64,000 nt of DNA, from NCBI GenBank assembly GCA_963707635.1, contig OY970173.1:1536001-1600000 (forward strand), read 5' to 3'. The notes under the pieces were generated by a model. The model worked only from the letters and a program-made list of their open reading frames with translations. It had not been told where the DNA came from and did not search any database. Shown piece by piece: positions 22,316 to 31,817 of the stretch; position 1 is the stretch's first letter; the number at the start of each line of letters is the position of its first letter. The DNA is from Candidatus Latescibacterota bacterium (GTDB lineage: Bacteria > Krumholzibacteriota > Krumholzibacteriia > WVZY01 > JAKEHA01). Position numbers and translations under genes: made by a program.

Positions 22316-22496
22316 ATTGACGATGGTTCCGCCTGAAGCGGTGTGCTAAGATTCAAGCAACGCCTCAGTATGGACTGGACGGAGGTCCCCGAGAGCCACT
22401 GACATTGACTCCGAAGAGCGGTACCGGGCTCTTTTGTAGCCCCGGTGTGTCCGCGCGTTCGAGCATCCAATAGATCCGATCGAGGGAGTTGAATCA

Positions 22497-23732
22497 ATGT
22501 GGCAGTTGTTGTTCTGGGGTAGTCTCGGGCTCGTTCTCTACACGTACGTCGGCTACCCGCTCGTTCTCCTCGCCATCAGCCGTACCCGCCGTCGCCGCGA
22601 GCTCCTCGCTCCCGCCGACGTGTCTCCCTCCGTGTGCGTGATCGTCTCCGCCTACAACGAAGAGAAGGTCATCCGCCAGAAGCTCGAGAACACCCTGGCG
22701 CTTGCGTACGACGGTCCGCTCTCTATCGTCGTCGCCTCGGACGGGTCCAGCGACCGGACGGTGGCGATCGCGCGCGAGTACGAGGACCACGGTGTCCACA
22801 TCCATCATTCGCCGCTGCGCCGGGGCAAGAACACGGTGCTCAACGAAGTGGTGCGCGAGCGGCGGGAGGCCATCCTCGTATTCACCGACGGGAACTCGCT
22901 CCTGGCCGAAGACGCCATCACGCGGCTGGTCGAGCGCTTCCGCGCCCCGTCGATCGGGTGCGTGGTCGGCGAGCTCAAGTATTCGCACGACGTCACCTCG
23001 GTCGGCGAGGGCGAGAGTCTCTACTGGCGCTACGAGTCGATGATCAAGATGCTCGAGAGCCGGCTGGAGAGCGTGCTGGTCGCCAACGGCGCCATCTTTT
23101 CGATCCGGCGCGAGCTCTTCCGCGACCTGTTTCCGGACGTCGCCAACGATTTCCAATCGCCGTTCGACGTGGCCAACCAGGGGCGCGGCACGGTCTACGA
23201 ACCCCGCGCGCTGGCGGTCGAGCATTCCACCGAGGTGTGGGGCGAAGAGTTCGAGCGCAAGGTACGGGTGGTGATGCGTGGGATCACCGGGTTTACCCGG
23301 TTGCGCTCGCGCATGCACGGCCTGCGCCTCTGGCAGCTCATCTCGCACAAGCTCATCCGCTGGTGCGTCGGCGGCGCGCTGATCGTCACGTTGGTGGCGA
23401 GCGTCATGCTCGCCGGCCGCGGCTGGTTCTTCGCCGGCTTCCTGGCGCTGCAGGCGGTGTGCTACCTGGCGGCGTTCGGGGGCTGGCTGATGCGCGCCCG
23501 CGAACGCATGCCGCGGGCGCTCTACGTACCCTTCTACTTCACGATGGTCAACTGGGCCGCGCTGGTGGCGATGCTGCGCGTGCTGGTCGGGCGGCGCCAG
23601 GTGGTCTGGGACAAGGCCGAAAGCACGCGTAGCGCGGCCCCGGTCACCCCGGTTCCCGGTTACGCGTCGGGGCCGATCGAGACCGTTGCCGCCGCCGACC
23701 GCGGCGCGCGTCGCCACGTGATAGAGAAGTAA
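22497..23732 (+). CDS. Glycosyltransferase family 2
   Basis: SAYNEE, SDGSSDRT, GK, FTDGN, YWRYE, NGAIF, NDF, R..R motifs; GAGGGAG RBS. Confidence 0.93.
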   Translation: MWQLLFWGSLGLVLYTYVGYPLVLLAISRTRRRRELLAPADVSPSVCVIVSAYNEEKVIRQKLENTLALAYDGPLSIVVASDGSSDRTVAIAREYEDHGVHIHHSPLRRGKNTVLNEVVRERREAILVFTDGNSLLAEDAITRLVERFRAPSIGCVVGELKYSHDVTSVGEGESLYWRYESMIKMLESRLESVLVANGAIFSIRRELFRDLFPDVANDFQSPFDVANQGRGTVYEPRALAVEHSTEVWGEEFERKVRVVMRGITGFTRLRSRMHGLRLWQLISHKLIRWCVGGALIVTLVASVMLAGRGWFFAGFLALQAVCYLAAFGGWLMRARERMPRALYVPFYFTMVNWAALVAMLRVLVGRRQVVWDKAESTRSAAPVTPVPGYASGPIETVAAADRGARRHVIEK

Positions 23733-23743
23733 CCGTCGTCTCC

Positions 23744-24925
23744 ATGCTGTTTTTCTTTCACACGCTGATTCACTGGCGGAAGTTCATCCTCGCGTGCGGC
23801 TTCATCGGCGCCGCGGTGATGGGCGCGGTCAGTTTTGTCCTGCCGCGCTGGTACACGGCGACCACCACCATCTTTCCGCCCGAGCCCACGCTCGCGATCT
23901 CTCCCTACGCGGCGATCGCGCAGCAGCTCTCCGCTCCGCTGCTGGGCCCGGTGGCGACCGGGGCCGCGCCCGAGACCATCTACATCGAAATGCTGAAGAG
24001 CCGCAGCGTGGGGGAGAAGGTGGTCGCCGAGTTCGATCTGATGAGGCGCTACAAAGCTGACCACATAGAGGAGGCGCTGGACGGGCTGCTCTCGCACATG
24101 GGGTTCACGCTGCTCGAGAACGGATTGCTCATCTTCACGTTCGAAGACCGCGACCCGCAGCGGGCGGCCGAGATCGCGAATCGACTGATCGAATTGCTCG
24201 ACGAGACCACGCGCGGGCTCAAGGTGTCGCGCGCGGGCCGCACGCGCGCATTCGTGGAGCGCCAGCTCGCCGAGCGCGAACTGCTGCTTGCCAAAGCCGA
24301 GAACGAGCTCAAGGAGTTTCAACAGACGCACAACACCGTGGACCTGGACGAGCAGCTGCGCTCCGCGATGGACATCATCACCGCGCTGTCGGCGCGTGCG
24401 ATCGCCCTCGAGAGCGAGATGGAGATCATGTCGCATTACACCGCGACCAACTCGGAAGAATACCGCCGCAAGCAGACGGAGTACGACGAGGTGGTGCGGC
24501 AGCTGAGCAAGCTCAAGGTGCACACCAACAGCACCGACGAGGATCTCGTGCGCTCGTATCTCCCCACGCTCCGCGACGTTCCGGAGGTGGCGCTGGAGTA
24601 CCTGCGCCTGCGCCGCACGGTCGAAGTGCAGACCACCGTGTACACGATGCTCGTGAACGAGCACGAGAAGGCGCGTATCGAAGAGGCGCGCGACACGCCG
24701 GTGGTGCAGGTCCTGGACCGCGCGCAGGCGCCCAACCTGCGCAGCCGCCCGAAGCGCAAGCTCCTCGTGATCGTGGGCGCGATGCTCGGGTTGGGGTGGA
24801 GCGCGGTGGTCGCGCTGTTTTCCACCGCGTGGCGTGAGGACCGGGGACATACCGCCACCGTGCGCGAGCTGGTCCAACCCCTGGCGTCGGACTTCGGGCG
24901 CTTCCGCCGGCGCAAGACGCCGTGA
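23744..24925 (+). CDS. Wzz/GumC polysaccharide co-polymerase (chain length determinant)
   Basis: N-terminal TM plus P..Y.A, LKSR, DPQRAAEIAN, coiled coil, VLDRA.P...SRPKR plus C-terminal TM. Confidence 0.9.
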   Translation: MLFFFHTLIHWRKFILACGFIGAAVMGAVSFVLPRWYTATTTIFPPEPTLAISPYAAIAQQLSAPLLGPVATGAAPETIYIEMLKSRSVGEKVVAEFDLMRRYKADHIEEALDGLLSHMGFTLLENGLLIFTFEDRDPQRAAEIANRLIELLDETTRGLKVSRAGRTRAFVERQLAERELLLAKAENELKEFQQTHNTVDLDEQLRSAMDIITALSARAIALESEMEIMSHYTATNSEEYRRKQTEYDEVVRQLSKLKVHTNSTDEDLVRSYLPTLRDVPEVALEYLRLRRTVEVQTTVYTMLVNEHEKARIEEARDTPVVQVLDRAQAPNLRSRPKRKLLVIVGAMLGLGWSAVVALFSTAWREDRGHTATVRELVQPLASDFGRFRRRKTP

Positions 24926-26325
24926 GTACCGCCGCCGCGCTGCCGTCGCGGCGCGAGCGTTTCCTCCTCGCTGCGCTTTCCCTCTCTCCGCTCGGCGTCT
25001 TCCTCGTCGCGCGCTGGCTGGGCTACGTCAAGCACCTCAAGCTGGCCGGGATCGCGTGCGCCGGGCTCGGCGCCGCCACCGTGCTCTTCCTGCGCCCGCG
25101 CTGGGGGCTTTGGCTGGTGGTCTTCTATGTCTACTCCGGGGTGGGGTTATTTCTTCCGCTCAACATGGCGACTCCGCTGACCACGATCGTCTTCACCGCG
25201 GTTCTGCTCGAACTCGTCCGCCACGGCGACAACCGCCTCGAGGACCCGGTCTTCTGGTACGCCAACGCGCTCTTCCTGCTGGTGGCGCTGCAGTCGATGC
25301 TGTTCGCGCGTGACCCGGCTCTTTCTTTCCGGGAGCTGGGTGGGTACGGCAAGATGCTCCTTGTAACCTATCTGATCGTGCAGCTGGTGCGGACCCCGGA
25401 CGACCTGCGTCGCCTCGCCCAAGCTGTCTTCGCCGGCGCGGTGGCGACGGTGGTCCTGGGAGTCGCGATCATGAAGTTTGGTATCGGACCCGGCGAGGGC
25501 AATTACATTGGCGGGGGGGTGAACATTGTCCGTTTTTCCGGCGCGCACGAGAATCCCAACCGCGCCGCCGCATTCATGTGTTCGGCGCTGCCGCTGGGGC
25601 TGTTTGCGGTGAAGTACTGCCGCAGCCGCCTCCTCCGCGTCGGATACGTAGTTGCGATTCTGGCGCTGATCGTCGGTATCTTCTGGACGTTTTCCCGAAG
25701 CGTCGTGGTCCCTTTCACGGTCGTGCTGGTGTCCGTCGCCGTGCGGGAACTGCGAAGCCGGCGCTCGTGGGTGTCGCTGCTCGCGGTGATCGCGCTCGGC
25801 ATCCTGCTCGCCCCCCGCTACTACTGGGAGCGGGTGTTCGGGCTGCGCGAAGCGTTCGAGTCGACCAGCATCGACTGGTCGGTCTACACGCGCCTGCTCG
25901 CGCTGCGGACCGCCTGGGAACTGTTTCTCGAACACCCGCTCACCGGCATCGGGCTGGGCAATTTCATCGTGGCCTCGGCCTACAAGGTGTTCGTCCGCAT
26001 CGTGGTCCACAACTCGTATCTCGAGATCCTGGTGGGAACCGGTGTGTTCGGGCTCGCCGCATTTCTAGTCGTCCTGTGGTCGGGCGTGCGCCACGCCCTC
26101 GCGGGCGCACGGCACCGGTGGCGCAGCCAGCCCGAATGGACGCGCGCGCTCGCTTTCTATTTCTCCCTCTCGACAATCTCGATGTGCCTGAGCGCGTTCT
26201 TCGGCACGATGCCGTTTCGCTATCCCATGTGGGTGCCCATCGCGGCCGGGCTGGTGATCGGCAATCTGCTGCGCGCCGACCGGCCCCAGCCCGAAAACGG
26301 GAACCCGGCGGCCGCGGGCACGTAG
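24922..26325 (+). CDS. O-antigen polymerase/ligase (Wzy_C) family protein
   Basis: NPN, TFSRS, R...W...HPLTGIGLGNF, HNSYLEIL..TG..G motifs. Confidence 0.88.
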   Translation: MSTAAALPSRRERFLLAALSLSPLGVFLVARWLGYVKHLKLAGIACAGLGAATVLFLRPRWGLWLVVFYVYSGVGLFLPLNMATPLTTIVFTAVLLELVRHGDNRLEDPVFWYANALFLLVALQSMLFARDPALSFRELGGYGKMLLVTYLIVQLVRTPDDLRRLAQAVFAGAVATVVLGVAIMKFGIGPGEGNYIGGGVNIVRFSGAHENPNRAAAFMCSALPLGLFAVKYCRSRLLRVGYVVAILALIVGIFWTFSRSVVVPFTVVLVSVAVRELRSRRSWVSLLAVIALGILLAPRYYWERVFGLREAFESTSIDWSVYTRLLALRTAWELFLEHPLTGIGLGNFIVASAYKVFVRIVVHNSYLEILVGTGVFGLAAFLVVLWSGVRHALAGARHRWRSQPEWTRALAFYFSLSTISMCLSAFFGTMPFRYPMWVPIAAGLVIGNLLRADRPQPENGNPAAAGT

Positions 26326-26391
26326 AACCTTCTCGAACGGTGCCAGCAAGCCGCCGAACGAGCTTTTAGAGGGAACAAAGGAGCACGAGCC

Positions 26392-27408
26392 ATGAACGAA
26401 CGAATCGGTGCGACGCCTTTCCGCTCACCCCGTCTCTGGGTCGCGGTGGCCGTCATCGCCGCCTGCGGCGCCGCCACGGCGGCCACGGCCAAAGAGGCGA
26501 AGAGCAAGGATAGCGCGACCAGCAAGCAGAAGAAGGAAACCAAGGTGAAGGGTGAGGGGGGCTACCTGGGAGTGTACATGCAGGAGCTCAACGACAACGT
26601 GCGCAAGGGGCTCGATGTCGACGCCTCGACGCGCGGCGTCCTGGTCAGCGGAGTCGAAGCGGGCAGCCCGGCCGAGAAGGCGGGTATCGAAGAGGGCGAC
26701 ATCATCACGAAGTTCGACGGCCACAAGGTCACGTCGCCGGAGGAGCTGCGCAGCGCCGTGCAGTCTCTCGACCCGGGCGAGGAGGCCACCGTCGAGGTGC
26801 TTCACGACGGGAAGCCGGCGAGCAAGTCGGTGATTGTCGCCGAGCGCGAGCATTCGATGCGGTTCAACTATGAGACCCCCGAAGAGGGAATGTACCCCCA
26901 CGCGATGGACATGGGGCGTGCGTTCGCGTTCTTCGGCGGCCCGCGCCTGGGCGTCCAGGCGCACGAGATCGACGACGACGGGCTCGCCGCCTATTTCGGG
27001 GTCAAGTCGGGCGACGGCGTCCTCGTGCTCGACGTGGAGGAGAATTCGGTGGGGGGCAAGGCCGGTATCCAGGCGGGCGACGTCATTCGCGAGGTGGGGG
27101 ACGAGAAGATCGGCGACGTGGACGACCTGCGCAGCGCGGTGCGCGACTACGACGCCGGCGACGAGTTCACCATCACGGTGTTCCGCCACGGCAAGAACCA
27201 GTCGCTGAAGGCGACCATGGACGAGGACAGCGACCAGGCGTTCTATCTCCCGCCCAACGCGCGCTGGTACGGCCATCAAGGCACACCTGCGCCGCGCGTG
27301 CGCGTGTATAACCGCCAGCGCATGCAGCAGGACCTCCGGGAGGAGTTGGACGACCTGAAGCAGGAAATGCAGGAGCTCAAGGAGAAGCTCGATCGCCAGG
27401 ACGGCTGA
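26392..27408 (+). CDS. Periplasmic tandem-PDZ protein without a protease domain
   Basis: Signal peptide, GYLGV and PRLGV carboxylate loops, SPAEKAGI.GD, C-terminal coiled coil. Confidence 0.85.
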   Translation: MNERIGATPFRSPRLWVAVAVIAACGAATAATAKEAKSKDSATSKQKKETKVKGEGGYLGVYMQELNDNVRKGLDVDASTRGVLVSGVEAGSPAEKAGIEEGDIITKFDGHKVTSPEELRSAVQSLDPGEEATVEVLHDGKPASKSVIVAEREHSMRFNYETPEEGMYPHAMDMGRAFAFFGGPRLGVQAHEIDDDGLAAYFGVKSGDGVLVLDVEENSVGGKAGIQAGDVIREVGDEKIGDVDDLRSAVRDYDAGDEFTITVFRHGKNQSLKATMDEDSDQAFYLPPNARWYGHQGTPAPRVRVYNRQRMQQDLREELDDLKQEMQELKEKLDRQDG

Positions 27409-27475
27409 ACGAGTCGATCGAGATTCGGCGCGGGCAACCGCTACGAAACCCCAGCGCTGAACGAGGCGGGCGTCG

Positions 27476-28567
27476 TCACATCCGGGTGACGGCGCCCGTT
27501 TTCGTTCCCAGCCGGTGGTAGAGCTCCACCAGCAGGTCGCGCGTGCGATTCGCCGCGAAGCGCTCGCGGATCATCCGCGGTCCCTCGCGGCGCGCGGAAT
27601 CCCGCAGGGTCTCGTCCGTCAATGCGCGGGTGATCGCGTCGGCGAGCCCGGCGGGGGACCCATCGCGCGCGATGGCGCCCGTCACCCCGTCCACGACCAC
27701 CTCGGGCAGGTCCCCGGCGCGCACCGTGGCGACCGGCACGCCGAGGGCGAGCGCCTCCAGGGCTGCGTTCGGGATCCCTTCGTGCACGGACGCCACCACC
27801 AGACAGGCGAACCCGGCGATCAGCGGCGCCGCGTCGTCCACGGCACCCGTGAACTCGACCGCGCCGGCGAGGGCGCCAGCCTCCGCCTGGAGCGGCGCGC
27901 GGCAGGGACCGTCGCCCACCACCACCAACCGTGCGGACGGGACGCGTTCGCGGACCACGGCCATCGCCGCGATCACCGCGTCGAAGCGCTTGAGCGCGAC
28001 CAGCCGCCCGACGCAGCCGACGACGGCGGTGGACGAGCGGGGCGCGGGCGCGTCGACGGCGACGACGTTCGGCACGAACACGAGGCGAGTCTCGGGCAGG
28101 CCCACATTCGCCGTGAGATAGCGGTGACCCGCCCGCGAATTGACCGTCACCGCGTCGGCGTGGCGCAGCATCCAGCGCAGCACGCGCGCGCGCGGCCCGT
28201 GGACGTCGAGGCGATCGCTGCGCAGAGACAGCACCACCGGGGTGCGCAGCGCCCGCGCGGCGATGAACGCATACGCGTTCGAGGCGGCCAGTATGCCGTG
28301 GACGACGTCGGGGCGCGATGCGCGCAGCGAGCGCACCAGCGCCCACAGCCGCGCCGGTTCGAGTCCGGAACGGCGTGGCAGGACGGTCACAGCCACCCCG
28401 CCGGCCGCGAGCCGGCGCGCGTACGGCTCGATCGAAGACGACAGCGAGACCACGTGCACCTCGACGCGGCCGGCGAGGGCGGCAGCGGTGAGCCAGAGTT
28501 GACGCTGGGCGCCGCCGTGCCCGAGGTCGTCGATCACGAAGGTGACGCGCGGGAGGCGCGATGACAT
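27476..28567 (-). CDS. Glycosyltransferase family 4
   Basis: L..GGAQRQ, VGRL...K, EGIPNAALEA (E-x7-E). Confidence 0.92.
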   Translation of the reverse strand: MSSRLPRVTFVIDDLGHGGAQRQLWLTAAALAGRVEVHVVSLSSSIEPYARRLAAGGVAVTVLPRRSGLEPARLWALVRSLRASRPDVVHGILAASNAYAFIAARALRTPVVLSLRSDRLDVHGPRARVLRWMLRHADAVTVNSRAGHRYLTANVGLPETRLVFVPNVVAVDAPAPRSSTAVVGCVGRLVALKRFDAVIAAMAVVRERVPSARLVVVGDGPCRAPLQAEAGALAGAVEFTGAVDDAAPLIAGFACLVVASVHEGIPNAALEALALGVPVATVRAGDLPEVVVDGVTGAIARDGSPAGLADAITRALTDETLRDSARREGPRMIRERFAANRTRDLLVELYHRLGTKTGAVTRM

Positions 28568-28642
28568 GGGCCCCATTCTATGCGACCCGGGCGCGTGCGC
28601 TCACCACAAAAGAGTTGGGGCGGGAGGGCGCGCGTGCTAAGG

Positions 28643-29791
28643 ATGAGCGATATGCAGGTGGTGTGGTTCGCGGAAATCAAGTGGGACTATCTGCGCACGC
28701 GCAAGCACCAGCTGATCCGGCGCCGGCCGCGCGGGGTCGACGTGGTCTACTTCGAGCCCTACGCGCGCGGGCGCGAGAACCGCTACGGGCTGCGCGACGA
28801 GGACGGCGTGCGCGTGGCGACGGTGCCGTTCGTGAAGTCGGCCCCGCCCGGCCCCGCGCGGCTCCTGCTCGACCTCCCCGCCGTGCGCCGCGTCGTCGAC
28901 GCGGTGGTGACCCGCCGCGTCCGCGGACACTTCGCGGCCGCGGGAGTCCAGCCGGCGCAGTCGGTGTTCGTGCTCTCCAATGTGTTCGCGGTCCGGGTCG
29001 CCGCCGGGTTCTCGCCCTCCGCGTTGGTCTACGACTGCAACGACGCGCACGCCGCCTTCCCGGGGATGCCCCGCTGGACGCGGGACTACCAGCTCGAGAG
29101 CTTCCGCCGCGCCGACCGCGTGATCGTGAGTTCGCGCGCGCTGCGCGCGGACGCCGTGGATGCGCGCGGTTCCGACGCCAACGTGCACTTCGTCGGCAAC
29201 GGGGTCGACCTGGGAATATTTCGAGCTCCCCTCGCGCCGCCCCTGCCCGCGCCGGACGCGGTGCGGGTTGGCTACCTCGGCGCGGTCGGGCCGTGGTTCG
29301 ATTTCGACCTGATGGAAGCGCTGGCGCGAATGCGCCCCCGGTGGCGGGTGGTAATCGTCGGCCCGGTCCTCGCCGGCGTCGAGTCCCGGGTCGCGCGCCT
29401 CGCGGCGCTTCCCAACCTGACGATCGAACCCGCGGTGGCGCACGAGGAAGTTCCGCGCGTGCTCGCCGGGTTCACGGTCGGGACCATTCCATTCCAGCGC
29501 ACGCCGCTGACCGCCGGCGTCAACCCGAACAAGCTCTACGAATACCTGGCGGCGGGCGTGCCGGTGGTGTCGACGCCGTTTTCCGCCGATCTCGAGGCCG
29601 GCCCCGCGGTCGCGCTGGCGGTGGACGCCGGCGCGTTCGTGGCCGCGTGCGAGGCGTTCGCGGCGGCGCGCGCCGATGCGCCGCGCCGCGCCGAGCTTGC
29701 TGCAGGTGCTGCCGGCGAAGCGGCCAGGCACGACTGGGACGCCATCGCGGCCGATTTCTGGCGCCGCGTGCTGCCGGGAGCCGCCGCGTGA
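28643..29791 (+). CDS. GT-B glycosyltransferase (TuaH/GumK-like)
   Basis: W...R.HQL, YDCND, NGVD, GYLGA...WFD, PNKLYEYLAAG.PVV; start 28643 or 28652. Confidence 0.85.
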   Translation: MSDMQVVWFAEIKWDYLRTRKHQLIRRRPRGVDVVYFEPYARGRENRYGLRDEDGVRVATVPFVKSAPPGPARLLLDLPAVRRVVDAVVTRRVRGHFAAAGVQPAQSVFVLSNVFAVRVAAGFSPSALVYDCNDAHAAFPGMPRWTRDYQLESFRRADRVIVSSRALRADAVDARGSDANVHFVGNGVDLGIFRAPLAPPLPAPDAVRVGYLGAVGPWFDFDLMEALARMRPRWRVVIVGPVLAGVESRVARLAALPNLTIEPAVAHEEVPRVLAGFTVGTIPFQRTPLTAGVNPNKLYEYLAAGVPVVSTPFSADLEAGPAVALAVDAGAFVAACEAFAAARADAPRRAELAAGAAGEAARHDWDAIAADFWRRVLPGAAA

Positions 29792-29858
29792 CGGGCGCGA
29801 CGGCACGGTGCTACACTCCCGCATTGGGCCCGCGAGCCCGCCGACAAGAGGAGGCGAG

Positions 29859-30545
29859 ATGAACTTCCTGAACCGTTTCGTCTGGATTTTCGTGTCTCCG
29901 GCGCGTGTCTTCGACGACATCAAGGAGCACCGCGTGCGGTGGGTACAGCCGTACCTGGTCGTATCGGTCCTGACCATGCTGGTCACGTGGCTGTCGATGC
30001 CCGTGCAACGCGTCCTGATCGAGATCAACGCCAACGATCTCACCGCCGAGCAGGTGGACAAGCAGCTCGAGATGATGGACAAATTCGGGTTCATCCAGTT
30101 GATTCTGGTCCCGGCGGGCGTGCTCCTGGTCTCGATGGTCGTGGCCGCGCTGTGCTACATCCTCGTGACCGTCCTCTCCCGCACCGCCACCTTCAAGCAG
30201 TTCTTCACGCTGACGCTGTTCACCAGCGTGGTGAGCACGACCGGGCAGCTGCTCTCGACCATCATCGTGCGTGCGCGCGGGCTGGAGCGGATCGTGGAGG
30301 CCAGGGACGCGCAGATGGCGCTCTCGCTCAAGGTGCTCGCGCCGGAGAACAGCGCCGCGCTGCGGGGGTTCCTGGGGAGCTTCGAGTTCTTCGCGTGCTG
30401 GGCGTTCGTGCTGGTGGGGATGGGGCTGGTGCGGATCTTCGGCATGAGCCGCGGCGCCGCGATCGCGGCACTCGTCCCCATGTGGATCATCTACGTGGCC
30501 GCGCTCATCGCCAGCGAGATGTTCGGGGGCGGGAGGATGGGCTAG
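29859..30545 (+). CDS. Yip1 family membrane protein
   Basis: IFVSP..VF..IK..W..P motif, about 5 TM; GAGGAGG RBS. Confidence 0.8.
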   Translation: MNFLNRFVWIFVSPARVFDDIKEHRVRWVQPYLVVSVLTMLVTWLSMPVQRVLIEINANDLTAEQVDKQLEMMDKFGFIQLILVPAGVLLVSMVVAALCYILVTVLSRTATFKQFFTLTLFTSVVSTTGQLLSTIIVRARGLERIVEARDAQMALSLKVLAPENSAALRGFLGSFEFFACWAFVLVGMGLVRIFGMSRGAAIAALVPMWIIYVAALIASEMFGGGRMG

Positions 30546-31648
30546 CGCGAGACCGCCGCGGCGTGGGAACGCGTGCCGCCGTTGATGACGAGCGGTGCCA
30601 GCGAGTCGGCCGCGGCCTCGCCGACCACGCGGTTGCCGGCGGGGGTCAGGTGCCCGTCGACCCGGTAGAACATGTCGGCCCCGCTCGAGCGGTACGCATC
30701 GACGAGCGGCGGCAGCATTTCGAACCACGGAAACCCCTGCTCGCGCGCCAGCGCCGAGAGCTCGCGGTCGATCGCGCCCGGATCGACGCCGGGAAACTGC
30801 ATCGCACGCGCCCCCGCGATCACGGCAAACTGCTGCGGAATCGACACCACCGCCAGGCGGATGCCGCGCGCGCTGCAAAACTCCGCCATCCGAATCAGCC
30901 ACCCGCGCGTGATCTCGATCTGGCGCCGAACGTGCTCGCTCGCCGGCGTCGTGTAGTATTCCCTGCGCGACGTCATCAGGAACATGCGTGCGTACGCGCG
31001 GTCGTTCTGCATCAGCATGCGCCGGGCCCACTCGACCGTGTGCAGCTGAAAGCGGCCGCCCGGGCGGTCGGCTGTGGCTGGCGGCGTCTCCGCAGGCGTA
31101 TTGGTATAAACGTCGTTGGCGAGGAAGCCCAGGACGACGACATCGGGGTGGATCTTCGGCACCAGTTCTTCGAGGTACAACGCCTCCGAGTGCGTGTCGT
31201 ATCCTTCCACACCCGCGTTGATGACGTTGACGTGAGGGCCGCTAACGCTGCGCGCAAGTAACCGGCCCATGACCGCGGTCCACGCGTCCGCTTCCGCATT
31301 CCCGTCGCCGAAGGTGAAGGAATCGCCGATCACGAGCACGCGCGTTGCGAGCGAGTCGTCTCCGGCCGGTGTGGAGTCGCGCCGGCCTTCATTATTGATC
31401 ACGTATTCGACGTCGAATTCAGGGGTCTGATGGCGGGCGCGCGCGCCGGGACGGTACCGGTGTCCGAGCACCGGGTCTTTGATGGCGCGCGATTCGCCGG
31501 AGAGGACCCGGGTTCGCGAGGTCTGGGGCGCAGCCACGCGCAGCGCGACCTCGACCAGTGCGAACAACCCGGCGGCCACGGCGGTGCTTACCGCCGCGTC
31601 GCGCGCGAGCCGCCGCAGCCGGCGGGGACCTGGCGTGCCGTCGTTCAT
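30542..31648 (-). CDS. SGNH/GDSL hydrolase (AlgX/AlgJ-like)
   Basis: GDSFTFG, NAGVEGY, ND, DGHL...GN blocks; N-terminal TM. Confidence 0.88.
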   Translation of the reverse strand: MNDGTPGPRRLRRLARDAAVSTAVAAGLFALVEVALRVAAPQTSRTRVLSGESRAIKDPVLGHRYRPGARARHQTPEFDVEYVINNEGRRDSTPAGDDSLATRVLVIGDSFTFGDGNAEADAWTAVMGRLLARSVSGPHVNVINAGVEGYDTHSEALYLEELVPKIHPDVVVLGFLANDVYTNTPAETPPATADRPGGRFQLHTVEWARRMLMQNDRAYARMFLMTSRREYYTTPASEHVRRQIEITRGWLIRMAEFCSARGIRLAVVSIPQQFAVIAGARAMQFPGVDPGAIDRELSALAREQGFPWFEMLPPLVDAYRSSGADMFYRVDGHLTPAGNRVVGEAAADSLAPLVINGGTRSHAAAVSR

Positions 31649-31711
31649 GGGCGGAAAGGCTAGGGGCCGCGCGCGCCCGCGTCCACGGCTATTCCGCCCC
31701 CGGCCGCGCGA

Positions 31712-31741
31712 TTGACAGTGCGTCGCGGCGGGTGCTAGAAT
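31712..31741 (+). promoter_or_regulatory. Near-consensus sigma70 promoter upstream of EF-G2
   Basis: TTGACA-N18-TAGAAT with extended -10 TG. Confidence 0.75.
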
Positions 31742-31817
31742 CCAAAATCCAACTCTAAGCGGGAATTGAGGTTGCACCGGTAGAGGTGCACCCGCGAATC
31801 CAACCAGGAGGCTCATC

